From positions 444 to 64,443 of the forward strand of contig CANIAS010000007.1 in assembly GCA_947465495.1 (NCBI GenBank): a stretch of DNA of 64,000 bases, in the 5' to 3' direction. The number at the start of each line of letters is the position of its first letter. Position 1 is the stretch's first letter. Positions 18,901-28,104 of the stretch are shown here, in pieces. The notes beneath the pieces are model-generated. The model worked only from the letters and a program-made list of their open reading frames with translations, was not told the DNA's origin and searched no databases. The translations under genes were made by a program, and so were the position numbers. The DNA comes from Candidatus Pollutiaquabacter sp. GTDB taxonomy: Bacteria > Bacteroidota > Bacteroidia > AKYH767-A > 2013-40CM-41-45.

Positions 18901-20901
18901 ACTTTTGCAACGGTAACGATTAGCACCATACTTTCCGTAAACGCCAGTGCAGACGATACCATTTGTTCAGGTTCCAGTGCGGTATTGTCAGTGCCATCAG
19001 CTAGTCCGGGTAGTACATTTTCGTGGGTCCCGACTGTAGGAGTGAGTAACCCTGCCGCGGCTAGTCCACTTGTTTCGCCAGTCGCAACTACGACCTATAC
19101 TGTGACTGTGACGGACCCAACAGGTTGTTATGGAAGTGATGTGGTTACTGTGTGCATTGACCCCATCATCACAGCATCCGTAGTTGTGCAAAACGTTTCT
19201 TGTGCTGGTGGCCAGGACGGTGCGGCTACAATTTCTGCCGTTGGAGGCACTGGTCCGTTTCTATATCAATGGTCGAACGGATGTGATACTGCTCGTTGCA
19301 GCGGATTAACTCCCGGAAGTTATACGGCTATTGTAACTGATGCGATTGGGTGTACGACTCAATTATCGGCGTCGATTGTTGAGCCCACGGCCGTAGTAGT
19401 TAGTCTGATACAGGCTGATTCTACTAATTGTCATTTAGGCTGTGATGCAAGTGCTGAAGTGCAGGTGGTGGGAGGTAACGGCGTTTATACCTTTGATTGG
19501 AATACAGTGCCTCGGCAATCATCAAGCTTGGCGACAAACTTATGTGCCGGAAACTATCGCTGTGTCACGATGGATCGCCTTGGGTGTAGGGATTCAATCG
19601 ATATTACTATTTATGAGCCATCCCCAGTTCTGCTTTCTCCAATAAATTCTCAGACGCCTTGTAGCGGAGGAAGTACGCAACTCTCGGTGACCGCAAGCGG
19701 TGGCGCTGATCTTTTTTCATATCAGTGGACTCCTTCAATAGGCTTGTCGAGTGCGACGGTGCAAGCACCAATCGCTAGTCCGGTGGTTGCGACCACCTAT
19801 AGTGTCGTTGCAACCGATCAGCGTGGGTGTACATCCCCAACTTCAACGGTATTGGTTTATCCAGTGGCTACTGCTGCATTAGAAGTAGCGGTTATAGGTG
19901 GCGGTACTATTTGTCCAGGAAGCAGTCAGCCGCTAATAGCTAGCGCAACAGGTGGTAATGGCGGTCCGTATTCGTATGAATGGTCTCCGGCTCCAGGTCT
20001 TTCGGTAACCAACATTCCAAATCCGTTGGTGACACCAGATACTACAACGTGGTATATTGTTACGGTAGTTGATGGTTGCGCTGCTGTAACTACCGATTCT
20101 GTGGTGGTGGACGTTTATCCATCGCCCGTTGCAAGTTTGTCTGCTGACGTTTTTGCTGGTTGTCCTCCTGTGTGTGTTAATTTTTCTTCGGGCACTGCTG
20201 CGGTTTCTTATGCATGGAATTTTGGGCAGGATGAAGGCGGTGACATTTCGGCAGCTCCGTATCATTGTTTCAACGAACCTGGTGATTATACCATTTCACT
20301 TTCTGCTACAACGGCTGCTGGTTGCACGGCTGACACACAAGTTGTGGATATGATTCACGTATACCAAGTTCCTACAGCTCTATTTTCTGCTTCTCCAGAT
20401 CCTGCCACCATTCTTTCTTCTACCGTTTCATTCACGGACCTTTCCACGCCTGATGTATTGGCATGGCGTTGGGAATTTGGCGATGGTAGTATATCAACGG
20501 CTACTTCTCCTGTACATACCTATTCTGCGGATGAGTCGGGTAGTTACCTGGCTGAATTGGTTGTATGGAACCGTAATGGTTGCTCGGATACCGTTCAGGT
20601 CATGGTGGAGATAGGCCCGGAGTTTTCGTTTTTTATTCCGAATTGTTTTACACCGAATGGAGATGGTGTCAACGAAAATTTTCGTGGTCATGGAATAGGC
20701 ATCAAGGAATACAAGCTGATGATTTTTGATCGTTGGGGTGACCTTATTTGGCAAACCACGACGCTGGAGCAAGACTGGGATGGTCGCGCTAATGACGGAA
20801 CGCTCGTATCTCAGCAGGATGCTTTCGACTGGAAGGTTATCTTGACTGATGTCTTCGACAAGAAACATGTTTATTTCGGCCGCGTTTCAATTGTCAAGTG
20901 A
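15985..20901 (+). CDS. giant adhesin-like protein: N-terminal lamin-tail domain (LTD) + ~12 Ig-like repeats + HYR/SprB-type repeats + PKD + gliding-motility-associated C-terminal domain
   Basis: Length 1639 aa. LTD motif 'LIMNEVSNGAVGNQEYVEFLVV'. Repeats of ~80 aa (ICAGS.AT..A.G…Y.WSPGGQTT.SITVSP..TT.YTVTYTL.GC). HYR-like 'VSCAGGQDGAATISAVGGTGPFLYQWSNG'. C-terminus 'FFIPNCFTPNGDGVNENF…WDGRANDG…FDWKV'. Confidence 0.65.
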   Translation: MTVNSIRWCYRIFLWVTVLFASVPAQSQYLIMNEVSNGAVGNQEYVEFLVVSDSVTYDCNSPVPPCIDIRGWIFDDNNGYHGNDGVAGGAVRFSQNPLWSCVPLGTIIVLYNDADRNPAIPADDLSLSDGNCNITAPLNSTLFESNTTTPGAIACSYPATGWTPGGNWNNTVLANTGDCARIVNLAGCEVFSLCYGPDSLNNLIYFPTSGGQRNWYFNGGDPRIQANWSGGSSSPSPGTQTPGLPNNAANAAYIQQFNNSCMPITPIQVTALVSNSGCSCNGTAIARAIGSIGGYTFEWFNGSFQSLGQTDSVATGLCPGLYYVIATSHIGCSDTASVYVSQTGNVTMTATGATACAGSAVTISATASSAGGNYLWSPGGATAASISVNPASTTVYSCTYTLGSCQTTTTATVTINPVPAISVPSSIVCAGVAATLAATVSPAGGTYVWSPGGQTTNSITVSPATTTNYSVTYTLSGCTASATNSVTVNPIPTVSATSTTICSGSNATVTASSSLPGGTYAWSPGGQTTSSITVSPATTTNYTVTYTLNNCSSTSTGRVTVNPLPTVSVAASTICAGSTATMTAVPSLSGGTYAWSPGGQTTNAISVIPANTTIYSVVYTLSGCAASDTSVVTVNPLPVVSVNSPSICRGSVGTLSASGATSYSWSSGNISSSITVSPVSTTNYTVTGTTSGCSSSTISTLTVLPLPVVTVNSDSVCAGGSLNLQATGATSYSWSNGAAGSIITVTPFTTTSYTVVGTTAGCTATAISTVNVVPAPVVAVNSVSICRGSSAVLIATGASDYQWSNGATTPIISVSPANTSTYTVVGSIGTCNSSAIATVTVRPLPIVLVSSAVICAGQSTSLNASGASVYSWSNGSVNNSITVSPAVTTNYTVVGTTNSCSDTALSIVTVNPLPLVSVNSATICPGSTAILSANGATSYQWSNGATQPSISVSPMSTTTYSVVGTTLGCSATTFATVTISTILSVNASADDTICSGSSAVLSVPSASPGSTFSWVPTVGVSNPAAASPLVSPVATTTYTVTVTDPTGCYGSDVVTVCIDPIITASVVVQNVSCAGGQDGAATISAVGGTGPFLYQWSNGCDTARCSGLTPGSYTAIVTDAIGCTTQLSASIVEPTAVVVSLIQADSTNCHLGCDASAEVQVVGGNGVYTFDWNTVPRQSSSLATNLCAGNYRCVTMDRLGCRDSIDITIYEPSPVLLSPINSQTPCSGGSTQLSVTASGGADLFSYQWTPSIGLSSATVQAPIASPVVATTYSVVATDQRGCTSPTSTVLVYPVATAALEVAVIGGGTICPGSSQPLIASATGGNGGPYSYEWSPAPGLSVTNIPNPLVTPDTTTWYIVTVVDGCAAVTTDSVVVDVYPSPVASLSADVFAGCPPVCVNFSSGTAAVSYAWNFGQDEGGDISAAPYHCFNEPGDYTISLSATTAAGCTADTQVVDMIHVYQVPTALFSASPDPATILSSTVSFTDLSTPDVLAWRWEFGDGSISTATSPVHTYSADESGSYLAELVVWNRNGCSDTVQVMVEIGPEFSFFIPNCFTPNGDGVNENFRGHGIGIKEYKLMIFDRWGDLIWQTTTLEQDWDGRANDGTLVSQQDAFDWKVILTDVFDKKHVYFGRVSIVK
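17040..19170 (+). repeat. intragenic tandem DNA repeats (~240 bp units, ~70-80% identical) encoding the Ig-like domain array
   Basis: Example units start at 17449 (gtaaatcctatacctacagttagtgcc…) and at 17668 (gtaaatccattgcctacggttagtgtt…). They share long identical stretches such as 'tcgcccggcggacaaaccac'. Confidence 0.7.
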
Positions 20902-21129
20902 GTTTTTGTAATTCAATAACAACAGAAATATACTCTAAACTGCATACTGCTCTTCAGAAAATAAATAGTACAACAAAAAATTGAGCAACCATTGAATCCT
21001 AACGTAGATTGATTATTATGGAATAAAAGAGTTTAAAATGAGTTGTGATGCTGTGAAAGTGAAAAAACACATTGTTATTCCGCATCAATAGTAACTTATC
21101 TTTTTCGTGATATCTATACTATGGATTTC

Positions 21130-21162
21130 AAAAAAAAACGCCCTGAATTCAGGGCGTTTAAA
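21130..21162 (-). terminator. rho-independent terminator (AAACGCCCTG-aatt-CAGGGCGTTT with A/T-tract flanks; could act in either direction)
   Basis: Perfect 10-bp stem read directly from the sequence, just 3' of the minus-strand MFS gene. Confidence 0.6.
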
Positions 21163-21182
21163 TTATCCGTCAGCTATTATTA

Positions 21183-22817
21183 TTAGTGACTAGCGGTTAC
21201 TTGTTGATCGTAGTCGAGACCTTGTGCTTTTAAGATGTTTCTTGTTTTGATCGCATGCCAAGTCATGTAGATAAAACAAAATAACGGAAGTACGTAGGAG
21301 AAGTGGGTGTAGCTCATGCCTAGTATGTTGCCGCCGCTCAATTTGTCAATATCGCAAATTACTCCTTGTGCAGGCGGAATGATGGCGCCACCAAGAATCA
21401 TCATGATGAGAAATGCTGATCCTTGGCTGGTGTATTTGCCAAGACCGGTCACCGCCAAAGCGAAGATACAAGGCCACATCACCGAACAACAAAGTCCGCC
21501 GCTGATGAAAGCGTAGGTGCTAATAGAGCCGGTAGTCGTCAATCCGATGATCATCGCCACACTGCCCAATCCCGCTACGGTCATTAGCATTTTTGCCGGA
21601 CGTTCATTGGCATAAAAGAACGCAGCTATCAGGAAGAATACACAGACAACATATACATACAAGTTGCTAACGTCGTTGCCACGCAGGTGATTAACTCCAA
21701 GGATTACGGCAAAAGCAATTAAAGGCATAATTACCGTGAGTAACTTCTTGGTTGATGTAGATAGGTTGAACGCCGATATGGCTCCTGTCCAACGGCCAAT
21801 CATTAGACTTCCCCAATAGAGTGATATGAATTGGGAGATGAACTTTTCGTCTAGCCCGCCGAATTCCGGTTGCTTAAGCAAGGCTCCCATGTTACTCTGC
21901 ACCGTAACTTCCATGCCGACATATACGAAGATGGCGATCATTCCCAACACAAGTTGCGGATATTGCATCGCGCCCCAGCCTTGACGTTCTTTGGACGCCG
22001 TATTCATGGCATAGAAAAGTAATCCGAGTACCACAACCAAGGATCCAAATACCAGGTAAACTCGGTTGCTTTCTCCAATGGCGTCATTAAAGAATAATAA
22101 GATGATGGTTGGGATGGAGATTAAAAAAAGAATATTGGTGGCCTTTCCACTTTTCTCTACGTGCTCTTCTTGTTGAATAGCAGGGAGATTTTTGTTGGCA
22201 ATAAAAAACAAGGCGACAAAGAGAAAAAGTCCTGCTAGCAATAGGTACAATGTCTTAATGGATTGAATGGTTGCATTTCCTGCATTGTTCAGATCGCCGA
22301 AGAGAATATAACTTACTGCCAACGGTCCCAGTAGTGTGCCAAGTGAGTTGACGCCGCCTGCTAGGTTTAACCGGTGAGCACCGGTCGCCGGACTACCTAA
22401 GGCGATGGCAAACGGCTGTGCTGAAGTTTGTTGCAGTGAAAATCCCAACGCAATCAGAAAGAACGAGGCGAGGATCATCGGAAACGTAGCGCTGGCTGAG
22501 GTAGAAACAAATGCTAGTGAAAGCGCACCGATCACTGACATTAGCAAGCCAAGAATGATTCCATTTTTATAGCCAATACGGTTTAAGATGTCTAATCCCG
22601 AAAAAGATGAGGCGAGATACAACAACAATGAACCGAAAAAGTAGGCGCCATAAAACGATGTGTCAATCAGTTGTGATTGGAATTGGTTGAGGCTGAAGTG
22701 TGTTTTACAGAAAGGGATGAAAATGCCGTTGGATGCGGCTACGAAGCCCCAGAAGAAAAAGACCGTCACCAAAGAGGGTAGGGCGGCTTTACTGTAGGAA
22801 GGGATGTTTGAGCTCAT
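21183..22817 (-). CDS. sugar:H+ symporter, MFS FucP/FHS family (L-fucose/glucose/galactose permease-like)
   Basis: Matches E. coli FucP: 'FFFWGFVAASNGIFIPF…FQSQLIDTSFYGAYF' and 'GAHRLNLAGGVNSLG' (FucP has 'GHFRLNLAQTFNSFG'). About 12 transmembrane segments. The ORF track starts at a TTG at 22892; I chose the ATG at 22817. Confidence 0.7.
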   Translation of the reverse strand: MSSNIPSYSKAALPSLVTVFFFWGFVAASNGIFIPFCKTHFSLNQFQSQLIDTSFYGAYFFGSLLLYLASSFSGLDILNRIGYKNGIILGLLMSVIGALSLAFVSTSASATFPMILASFFLIALGFSLQQTSAQPFAIALGSPATGAHRLNLAGGVNSLGTLLGPLAVSYILFGDLNNAGNATIQSIKTLYLLLAGLFLFVALFFIANKNLPAIQQEEHVEKSGKATNILFLISIPTIILLFFNDAIGESNRVYLVFGSLVVVLGLLFYAMNTASKERQGWGAMQYPQLVLGMIAIFVYVGMEVTVQSNMGALLKQPEFGGLDEKFISQFISLYWGSLMIGRWTGAISAFNLSTSTKKLLTVIMPLIAFAVILGVNHLRGNDVSNLYVYVVCVFFLIAAFFYANERPAKMLMTVAGLGSVAMIIGLTTTGSISTYAFISGGLCCSVMWPCIFALAVTGLGKYTSQGSAFLIMMILGGAIIPPAQGVICDIDKLSGGNILGMSYTHFSYVLPLFCFIYMTWHAIKTRNILKAQGLDYDQQVTASH

Positions 22818-23164
22818 AGAATTGGTTTTGTAGGATATGAATGGTGTGATTGACTGGAGTGACACTGTAAATGTAAAATTATCTTTTATCAATGGGTAGG
22901 AAAATCACAGGGTAATACACGGCCAGCTTCCCTTCATAATCTACCTAAGAAAACGACATGCGATGTAGGTTGTTATTATCGATTTTCTGTTGGGTTCAGT
23001 GGAAATGCCATGGCGTAAACGGCGTATTAGTATGCCATTATTTCAATACATTTGCTAACGTCGTCGTGGTTTTTTAGCCAGTGTTTAGGTGGGCCATCGT
23101 TGGCTTCTAGGCAATGCTTGAACGATGCGAAAGTGGTCCAAAATTATATTCTGCCATGATAACT

Positions 23165-23944
23165 ATGAAATACTCGAAATTCTTAACGGTACTCTTGTGC
23201 TTGTGTTCGTTTCATTCGAACGCTCAACTCGATTTGTCGATTATCTATGATGCAACACAGGGTGTCTCTGGGCTCGTAGGCGCTTCAAAGGTGTATATGC
23301 AGTCAGGGGCAAATGACATGCCTGGTCCGCTGGATGGATCCACCTGGAGTTATGTGGTTGGGAATTGGGGATTGGACGATGGCGTAGGAGAGTTGGTTCC
23401 CTTGGGGAATGACCGATGGGCTATTTCAATAGACCCGTTGCTGTTTTATAGTCTCGCACCTACGGGGCCAGTCGTTGGATCATCTATTGCCAGGATTGGA
23501 ATGATCTTTCGTGATGAAACTGGAATGCTCACCGGCCGTGATGATAACGATGACGTAATTTATTTGGATCTCACTTCGAATCCTCCTGCTGTTTTTAATG
23601 CCAATGGTACCCCATTTGCCGGCGTAGCGGCTGCAACTTCTCCGGTATCCGTAAATGCTATCTTCGATGAGCAAATGGAGGTGGTTAATTCTCCCAATCC
23701 ATTGACTAAATCCACTGTGTTCTCTTACAAGATTAATTCGGCCACTGACGTTTCCATACACATTTTTGATGCTCAGGGACGAATGGTGAATACAGTGATT
23801 AACGAAAATCAGTCAGCCGGAGTACACCACGTTGCATGGAATGGAGATGATTTTCTAGGGAAGCCTCTGGCTTCCGGTATTTATACCTATTCCTTGTTCT
23901 CAGGTACCCGTTGTGCTAATGGCAAGCTGGTAATTGTTCGATGA
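23165..23944 (+). CDS. small secreted protein with T9SS CTD
   Basis: Signal peptide MKYSKFLTVLLCLCSFHSNAQ from the verified ATG. The C-terminus, '…TKSTVFSYKI…SGIYTYSL', resembles a Por sorting domain. Confidence 0.5.
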   Translation: MKYSKFLTVLLCLCSFHSNAQLDLSIIYDATQGVSGLVGASKVYMQSGANDMPGPLDGSTWSYVVGNWGLDDGVGELVPLGNDRWAISIDPLLFYSLAPTGPVVGSSIARIGMIFRDETGMLTGRDDNDDVIYLDLTSNPPAVFNANGTPFAGVAAATSPVSVNAIFDEQMEVVNSPNPLTKSTVFSYKINSATDVSIHIFDAQGRMVNTVINENQSAGVHHVAWNGDDFLGKPLASGIYTYSLFSGTRCANGKLVIVR

Positions 23945-24015
23945 TTGATAGGTTGTAGTTGCTAACAAGGATGAACGATAGATTCATCGTACTACTTTAA
24001 CTTCTATTTCTAGAT

Positions 24016-25635
24016 ATGACTGGTAAACCCGCTTTTGATTTTCCGGAGAAGGATTCTATTCCTGCAGAATTTGCAATAATTGAGTCAGTCGAACAACGAG
24101 AATATTTGGTAAATGGAGAGATACGCATTTGGCAAGGTCCGGTGGCTGATGTTTTTTCTCCCATATACTTAAAATTGGATGGGGTGTTGACGCAGGCACG
24201 CATTGGTTCGCAACCGGTGCTCGATCGGCACGCTGCTTTGGAAGCCATGAATGCGGCTATTGGGGCCTACGACGAAGGACGCGGAGAGTGGGCAACCATG
24301 CGCGTGAAAGATCGCATCGATTGCATGGTGCGTTTTGCTCGTGCAATGAAAGAGAAGCGAGAGGAAGTCGTTAAATTGCTGATGTGGGAAATCGGAAAGA
24401 CGTTGGCGGACTCCCGCAAGGAATTTGATCGGACTATTGACTATATTTTTGAAACCATTGATGCATTAAAGAGCCTCGACCGCGATAGCTCGCGAATCCA
24501 AAAAGTGCAAGGAGTCTATGCGCAGATTCGTCGTGGACCATTAGGTGTGGCACTCTGCATGGGTCCGTATAATTATCCGCTCAACGAGACCTATTGCAGT
24601 CTTATACCGGCTTTGCTGATGGGTAATTCCGTCGTGTTTAAACCGGCAAAATATGGCGTGCTGCTACATCGGCCACTGTTGGAGGCCTTTCGGGATTCCT
24701 TTCCAAAAGGTGTAATAAATGTGATCTACGGCGAAGGTGCAGAGACCAGCGGGACTTTGATGCAGTCAGGTAAAATTGATGTGTTGTCTTTTATTGGCAC
24801 TAGCAAAGTGGCCAATATTCTAAAGAAACAACATCCCTATCCCAATCGGTTGCGTGCGGCCTTAGGGTTGGAGGCGAAAAATCCCGCCATCATCATGCCG
24901 GATGCAGATATGGAACTTGCAGTCGAAGAGTGCATCACAGGCTCACTTTCATACAATGGACAACGATGCACTGCGCTTAAAATGATTTTCGTGCATGAAG
25001 ATGTTGTGGAGCAGTTTATGGATAAATACCAGCGTCGCTTAAAAACCTTGAAGTCCGGAATGCCGTGGGAAGATCAGGTAGTGCTAACGCCACTTCCGGA
25101 AAAAGGTAAGACGGAATTTTTGAAGGAGCTCATCGATGATGCTTGTTCAAAGGGTGCTCGAATTATGAATGAAGGCGGAGGTGAGGTGCTGAAATCATTC
25201 CTGTATCCTGCTGTGCTTTATCCGGTGAATTCGGAAATGAGAATTTATCATGAAGAGCAGTTTGGGCCAGTTGTTCCAGTGGTGTCTTTCAACGATGTCA
25301 GTCAGCCTATTGACTATATGGTGAATTCGAATTTTGGTCAGCAGGTTAGTATTTTCTCTACCAATCCCGACGTTATTGCTCATCTTGTAGATCCCTTAGT
25401 CAATCAGGTTTGCCGGGTCAACATCAATAGTCAATGCCAGCGTGGCCCTGATGTCTTTCCATTTAACGGACGAAAGGACTCAGCAGAAGGTACTCTGAGT
25501 GTCAGTGATGCCCTCCGTGTATTCTCTATCCGTACATTGGTAGCGGTCAAACAGTCATCACTAAACGATAAAATCCTGGCGGAAATATTGGAGGAACGAA
25601 AGTCGACCTTCCTAAGGACCGACTATATTCTTTGA
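24016..25635 (+). CDS. gapN: aldehyde dehydrogenase family, GapN-like NADP-dependent non-phosphorylating glyceraldehyde-3-phosphate dehydrogenase
   Basis: Aligns with S. mutans GapN motifs: 'GPYNYPLNE…[15 protein letters not shown]', a catalytic Cys in '[10 protein letters not shown]', and '[12 protein letters not shown]' (GapN has 'FPFLGAKKSGAG'). Confidence 0.6.
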   Translation: MTGKPAFDFPEKDSIPAEFAIIESVEQREYLVNGEIRIWQGPVADVFSPIYLKLDGVLTQARIGSQPVLDRHAALEAMNAAIGAYDEGRGEWATMRVKDRIDCMVRFARAMKEKREEVVKLLMWEIGKTLADSRKEFDRTIDYIFETIDALKSLDRDSSRIQKVQGVYAQIRRGPLGVALCMGPYNYPLNETYCSLIPALLMGNSVVFKPAKYGVLLHRPLLEAFRDSFPKGVINVIYGEGAETSGTLMQSGKIDVLSFIGTSKVANILKKQHPYPNRLRAALGLEAKNPAIIMPDADMELAVEECITGSLSYNGQRCTALKMIFVHEDVVEQFMDKYQRRLKTLKSGMPWEDQVVLTPLPEKGKTEFLKELIDDACSKGARIMNEGGGEVLKSFLYPAVLYPVNSEMRIYHEEQFGPVVPVVSFNDVSQPIDYMVNSNFGQQVSIFSTNPDVIAHLVDPLVNQVCRVNINSQCQRGPDVFPFNGRKDSAEGTLSVSDALRVFSIRTLVAVKQSSLNDKILAEILEERKSTFLRTDYIL

Positions 25636-25692
25636 TTTAATATTGCTCACCTTTCCGTAGCTTGCATCGGTAAACTATTTATCTATTACGCA

Positions 25693-26547
25693 ATGATTCT
25701 TGTAGCCGACAGCGGTTCTACTAAATGCGATTGGATAACCATCGACCAAGGTGTTATCGGTGAAAAATCCAGTACAGTAGGATTTAATCCTTATTTCTGT
25801 GACGAGTCTTTTATTTTGAATGGCCTAAGCTCGAATTCTTCACTCGTTGCGATTAAAGGTAAGGTCAAAGAAATTCACTTCTATGGAGCAGGTTGTTCCA
25901 GTCCTGAGCGAAATGACATTGTACGCCATGCACTACAAAAGTTTTTTCCGGAGGCTGACGTAGAGGTAGAGCACGATGTGTTAGCATCAGCCATTGCCAC
26001 TTGTGGTAATCATCCTGGCTTAGCGTGTATATTGGGTACGGGTAGCAATTCCTGTTATTATGATGGTAAAATTGTACACGATAGTAACTTCGGATTGGGT
26101 TATATCATGGGCGATGAGGGGAGCGGAAGTTATTTTGGAAAAAAACTAATCACGCATTACTTGTACGGGATTCTCCCTGAGCCGACACTATCTGCCTTTC
26201 AGTCACGGTATTTGATGAATAAGGAAATCATGATCGAACATGTGTACGCAAGTCCTGGTGCTAATGTGTGGTTGGCATCCTTCGCAAAGTTCTTTACGGA
26301 ACATCCGAACGATGTCTGGGTGAGAAAGATGGTTCAAAAAGGATTTGAAGAATTTTTCGATCTCGCGGTGATCAACTATCCGGATTATCGAAAGTTGGAA
26401 GTACATTTTGTGGGCAGTATAGCCTTCTATTTCGAAGATATCTTACGCGCTGTTGGTGCATCCCGCGAAGCTAAGGTTGGTCGGATAGTTCGTCAACCAA
26501 TACTTGGATTGGCAGAGTTTTTTAAGGCGAAATCAATTGCTTCGTAA
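25693..26547 (+). CDS. BadF/BadG/BcrA/BcrD-type ATPase (N-acetylglucosamine kinase-like sugar kinase)
   Basis: The N-terminal 'MILVADSGSTKCDW' is typical of this family. 'GTGSNSCYYDG' and 'GDEGSG' motifs are present. Length is 284 aa. Confidence 0.65.
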   Translation: MILVADSGSTKCDWITIDQGVIGEKSSTVGFNPYFCDESFILNGLSSNSSLVAIKGKVKEIHFYGAGCSSPERNDIVRHALQKFFPEADVEVEHDVLASAIATCGNHPGLACILGTGSNSCYYDGKIVHDSNFGLGYIMGDEGSGSYFGKKLITHYLYGILPEPTLSAFQSRYLMNKEIMIEHVYASPGANVWLASFAKFFTEHPNDVWVRKMVQKGFEEFFDLAVINYPDYRKLEVHFVGSIAFYFEDILRAVGASREAKVGRIVRQPILGLAEFFKAKSIAS

Positions 26548-26620
26548 TCCAGCCGACTTTTATCGAAATGGACTTGGTAGATGCATCAACCATCGATAGC
26601 ATTGACTGGTTGACGATATA

Positions 26621-26648
26621 AAAAAAGCCTTCCGATTGGAAGGCTTTC
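26621..26648. terminator. bidirectional rho-independent terminator (AAAGCCTTCC-gatt-GGAAGGCTTT)
   Basis: Perfect stem located between convergent genes that end at 26547 (+) and 26675 (-). An A-tract lies upstream and a T-tract downstream. Confidence 0.6.
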
Positions 26649-26674
26649 TGCATGATGAAAATCTTGTTTAGTTG

Positions 26675-28042
26675 TTAGCGGTGAATGATCACGCGTTTCA
26701 CGTTAGCGTCGTTGCTGTTCAGGATACGTAGTAGGTAGGCGCCGCTGTAAAGTTTGCTGGTGTCGAAAAAGCCAATCGACTGGCCGGCTTGAATGGTTGT
26801 TTCCAGCACCTTGTTTCCAAGTATATCGAAGAGTCCGATTTGTGTAGCTGTACGGTTGATGTTTTTAATTTGTATCGCGATAAGATCAGACGCCGGATTT
26901 GGATAGACTTTGATCTCTTCCACTGAAATAGGCGTAATGCCTGTAGAGGAAGGAATATAGACGGTTACTTGCTCCGTGATGGTCGTTACCTTTGCAGCAG
27001 AGACTACTCCGTAAAAGGTCGGACCTACGACATAAGGGTACGCTGAATTCCAATTGCTGTCTACGGTGCAGAAATAAGCATAAGTTCCATTTGGATATTC
27101 AGGCGTCACGCAGTAGCGTCCGTTGTGTTCATCCAGGTATTCGGTTTGACCAGCAGCAGGGGCGATGTACTCATAATCTTCTCGGAAATATCCAAGTGGA
27201 TAGGTGCTGCTAACGGGAGGCCCCGCGGTGACTGTTGCTCCCGTGGGAGAGGTAGTGCGGGTGGTGATGTTGCGTAACCGGTAGCTGGAACGCATACGCG
27301 TAATTGTTCCCGATCCGTTCAAGTCTTGAAAACCATATGCGCCATAAATTGGAAACCCATCGAAAGCGAAGCCGAGTAGCGGGGAGTGCTGGCTGCTATC
27401 GATGGCATACAAGCCATCAGAATCGTATAGGTTACAAACGGTGGAGATAGGATGTAAATCCAAGTCGAATGCGGAGGGATTTTGGTGATGATGATAGTTG
27501 CCCATGGCTGGATGTCCTTTCGCACAGTCGAAACCTGCGCGTTCGGCCACAATGGCATCACGGTTCCAGCTCATGGCAGCGCCAGGTCCTCCAGGGCAAG
27601 GAGGGTTACCCGGACCGCCACACAAGGCGTTGGTTGTAGCATTCCAAGCAACACCATCCCGGTAATCAAATAGCGCTACGCCGTTGATGAATATACCGAT
27701 ATCGCCGCCTGTTGTATTCGTGGGCGTTCCGGTATTCTGGATGGGATTTAAAGGGAACCTAAATGTGGCATTCTGGCTAGTAGTAATGGATGGATTACCG
27801 TCCAAGAAAGGGCCTGTTGGGTAGGCTGGAACGCCTTTGGTTCGTATGTAAACGTTGTTTGTGGAATACAATACGGTTTGAACGTTCGCCGAGTCAGTCA
27901 TTTGAATCAATACCGAACTGCCTTGGGCGTACCGGCTGCCGGTGGTTCCATTGGTATTTTGCAGCCAGGAGGTAATGACAGGTCCCTGTGCAAAGGCAGC
28001 CAAACTTACTAATAAGAGGCTTGATAGAATTGTTTTTTTCAT
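26675..28042 (-). CDS. YHYH-family secreted protein with T9SS (Por) C-terminal domain
   Basis: Signal peptide present. Conserved 'GHPAMGNYHHHQNP' matches the YHYH family (uncharacterised, His-rich and possibly metal-binding). The C-terminus reads 'KVYPNPASDLIAIQ…GAYLLRI'. Confidence 0.5.
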   Translation of the reverse strand: MKKTILSSLLLVSLAAFAQGPVITSWLQNTNGTTGSRYAQGSSVLIQMTDSANVQTVLYSTNNVYIRTKGVPAYPTGPFLDGNPSITTSQNATFRFPLNPIQNTGTPTNTTGGDIGIFINGVALFDYRDGVAWNATTNALCGGPGNPPCPGGPGAAMSWNRDAIVAERAGFDCAKGHPAMGNYHHHQNPSAFDLDLHPISTVCNLYDSDGLYAIDSSQHSPLLGFAFDGFPIYGAYGFQDLNGSGTITRMRSSYRLRNITTRTTSPTGATVTAGPPVSSTYPLGYFREDYEYIAPAAGQTEYLDEHNGRYCVTPEYPNGTYAYFCTVDSNWNSAYPYVVGPTFYGVVSAAKVTTITEQVTVYIPSSTGITPISVEEIKVYPNPASDLIAIQIKNINRTATQIGLFDILGNKVLETTIQAGQSIGFFDTSKLYSGAYLLRILNSNDANVKRVIIHR

Positions 28043-28104
28043 GAATACTGAAGGTTTAATTGGTAGTTATAGTTATTTGATTATTAATTATTTAATGATT
28101 TTAT

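Noticed and set aside
17040-19170. Regular ~240-bp periodicity that might suggest a CRISPR array or a satellite
   Set aside because: The repeats are about 3x longer than CRISPR repeat-spacer units and have no short identical repeat with unique spacers. They sit in-frame inside a continuous 1639-aa ORF and encode Ig-like domains.
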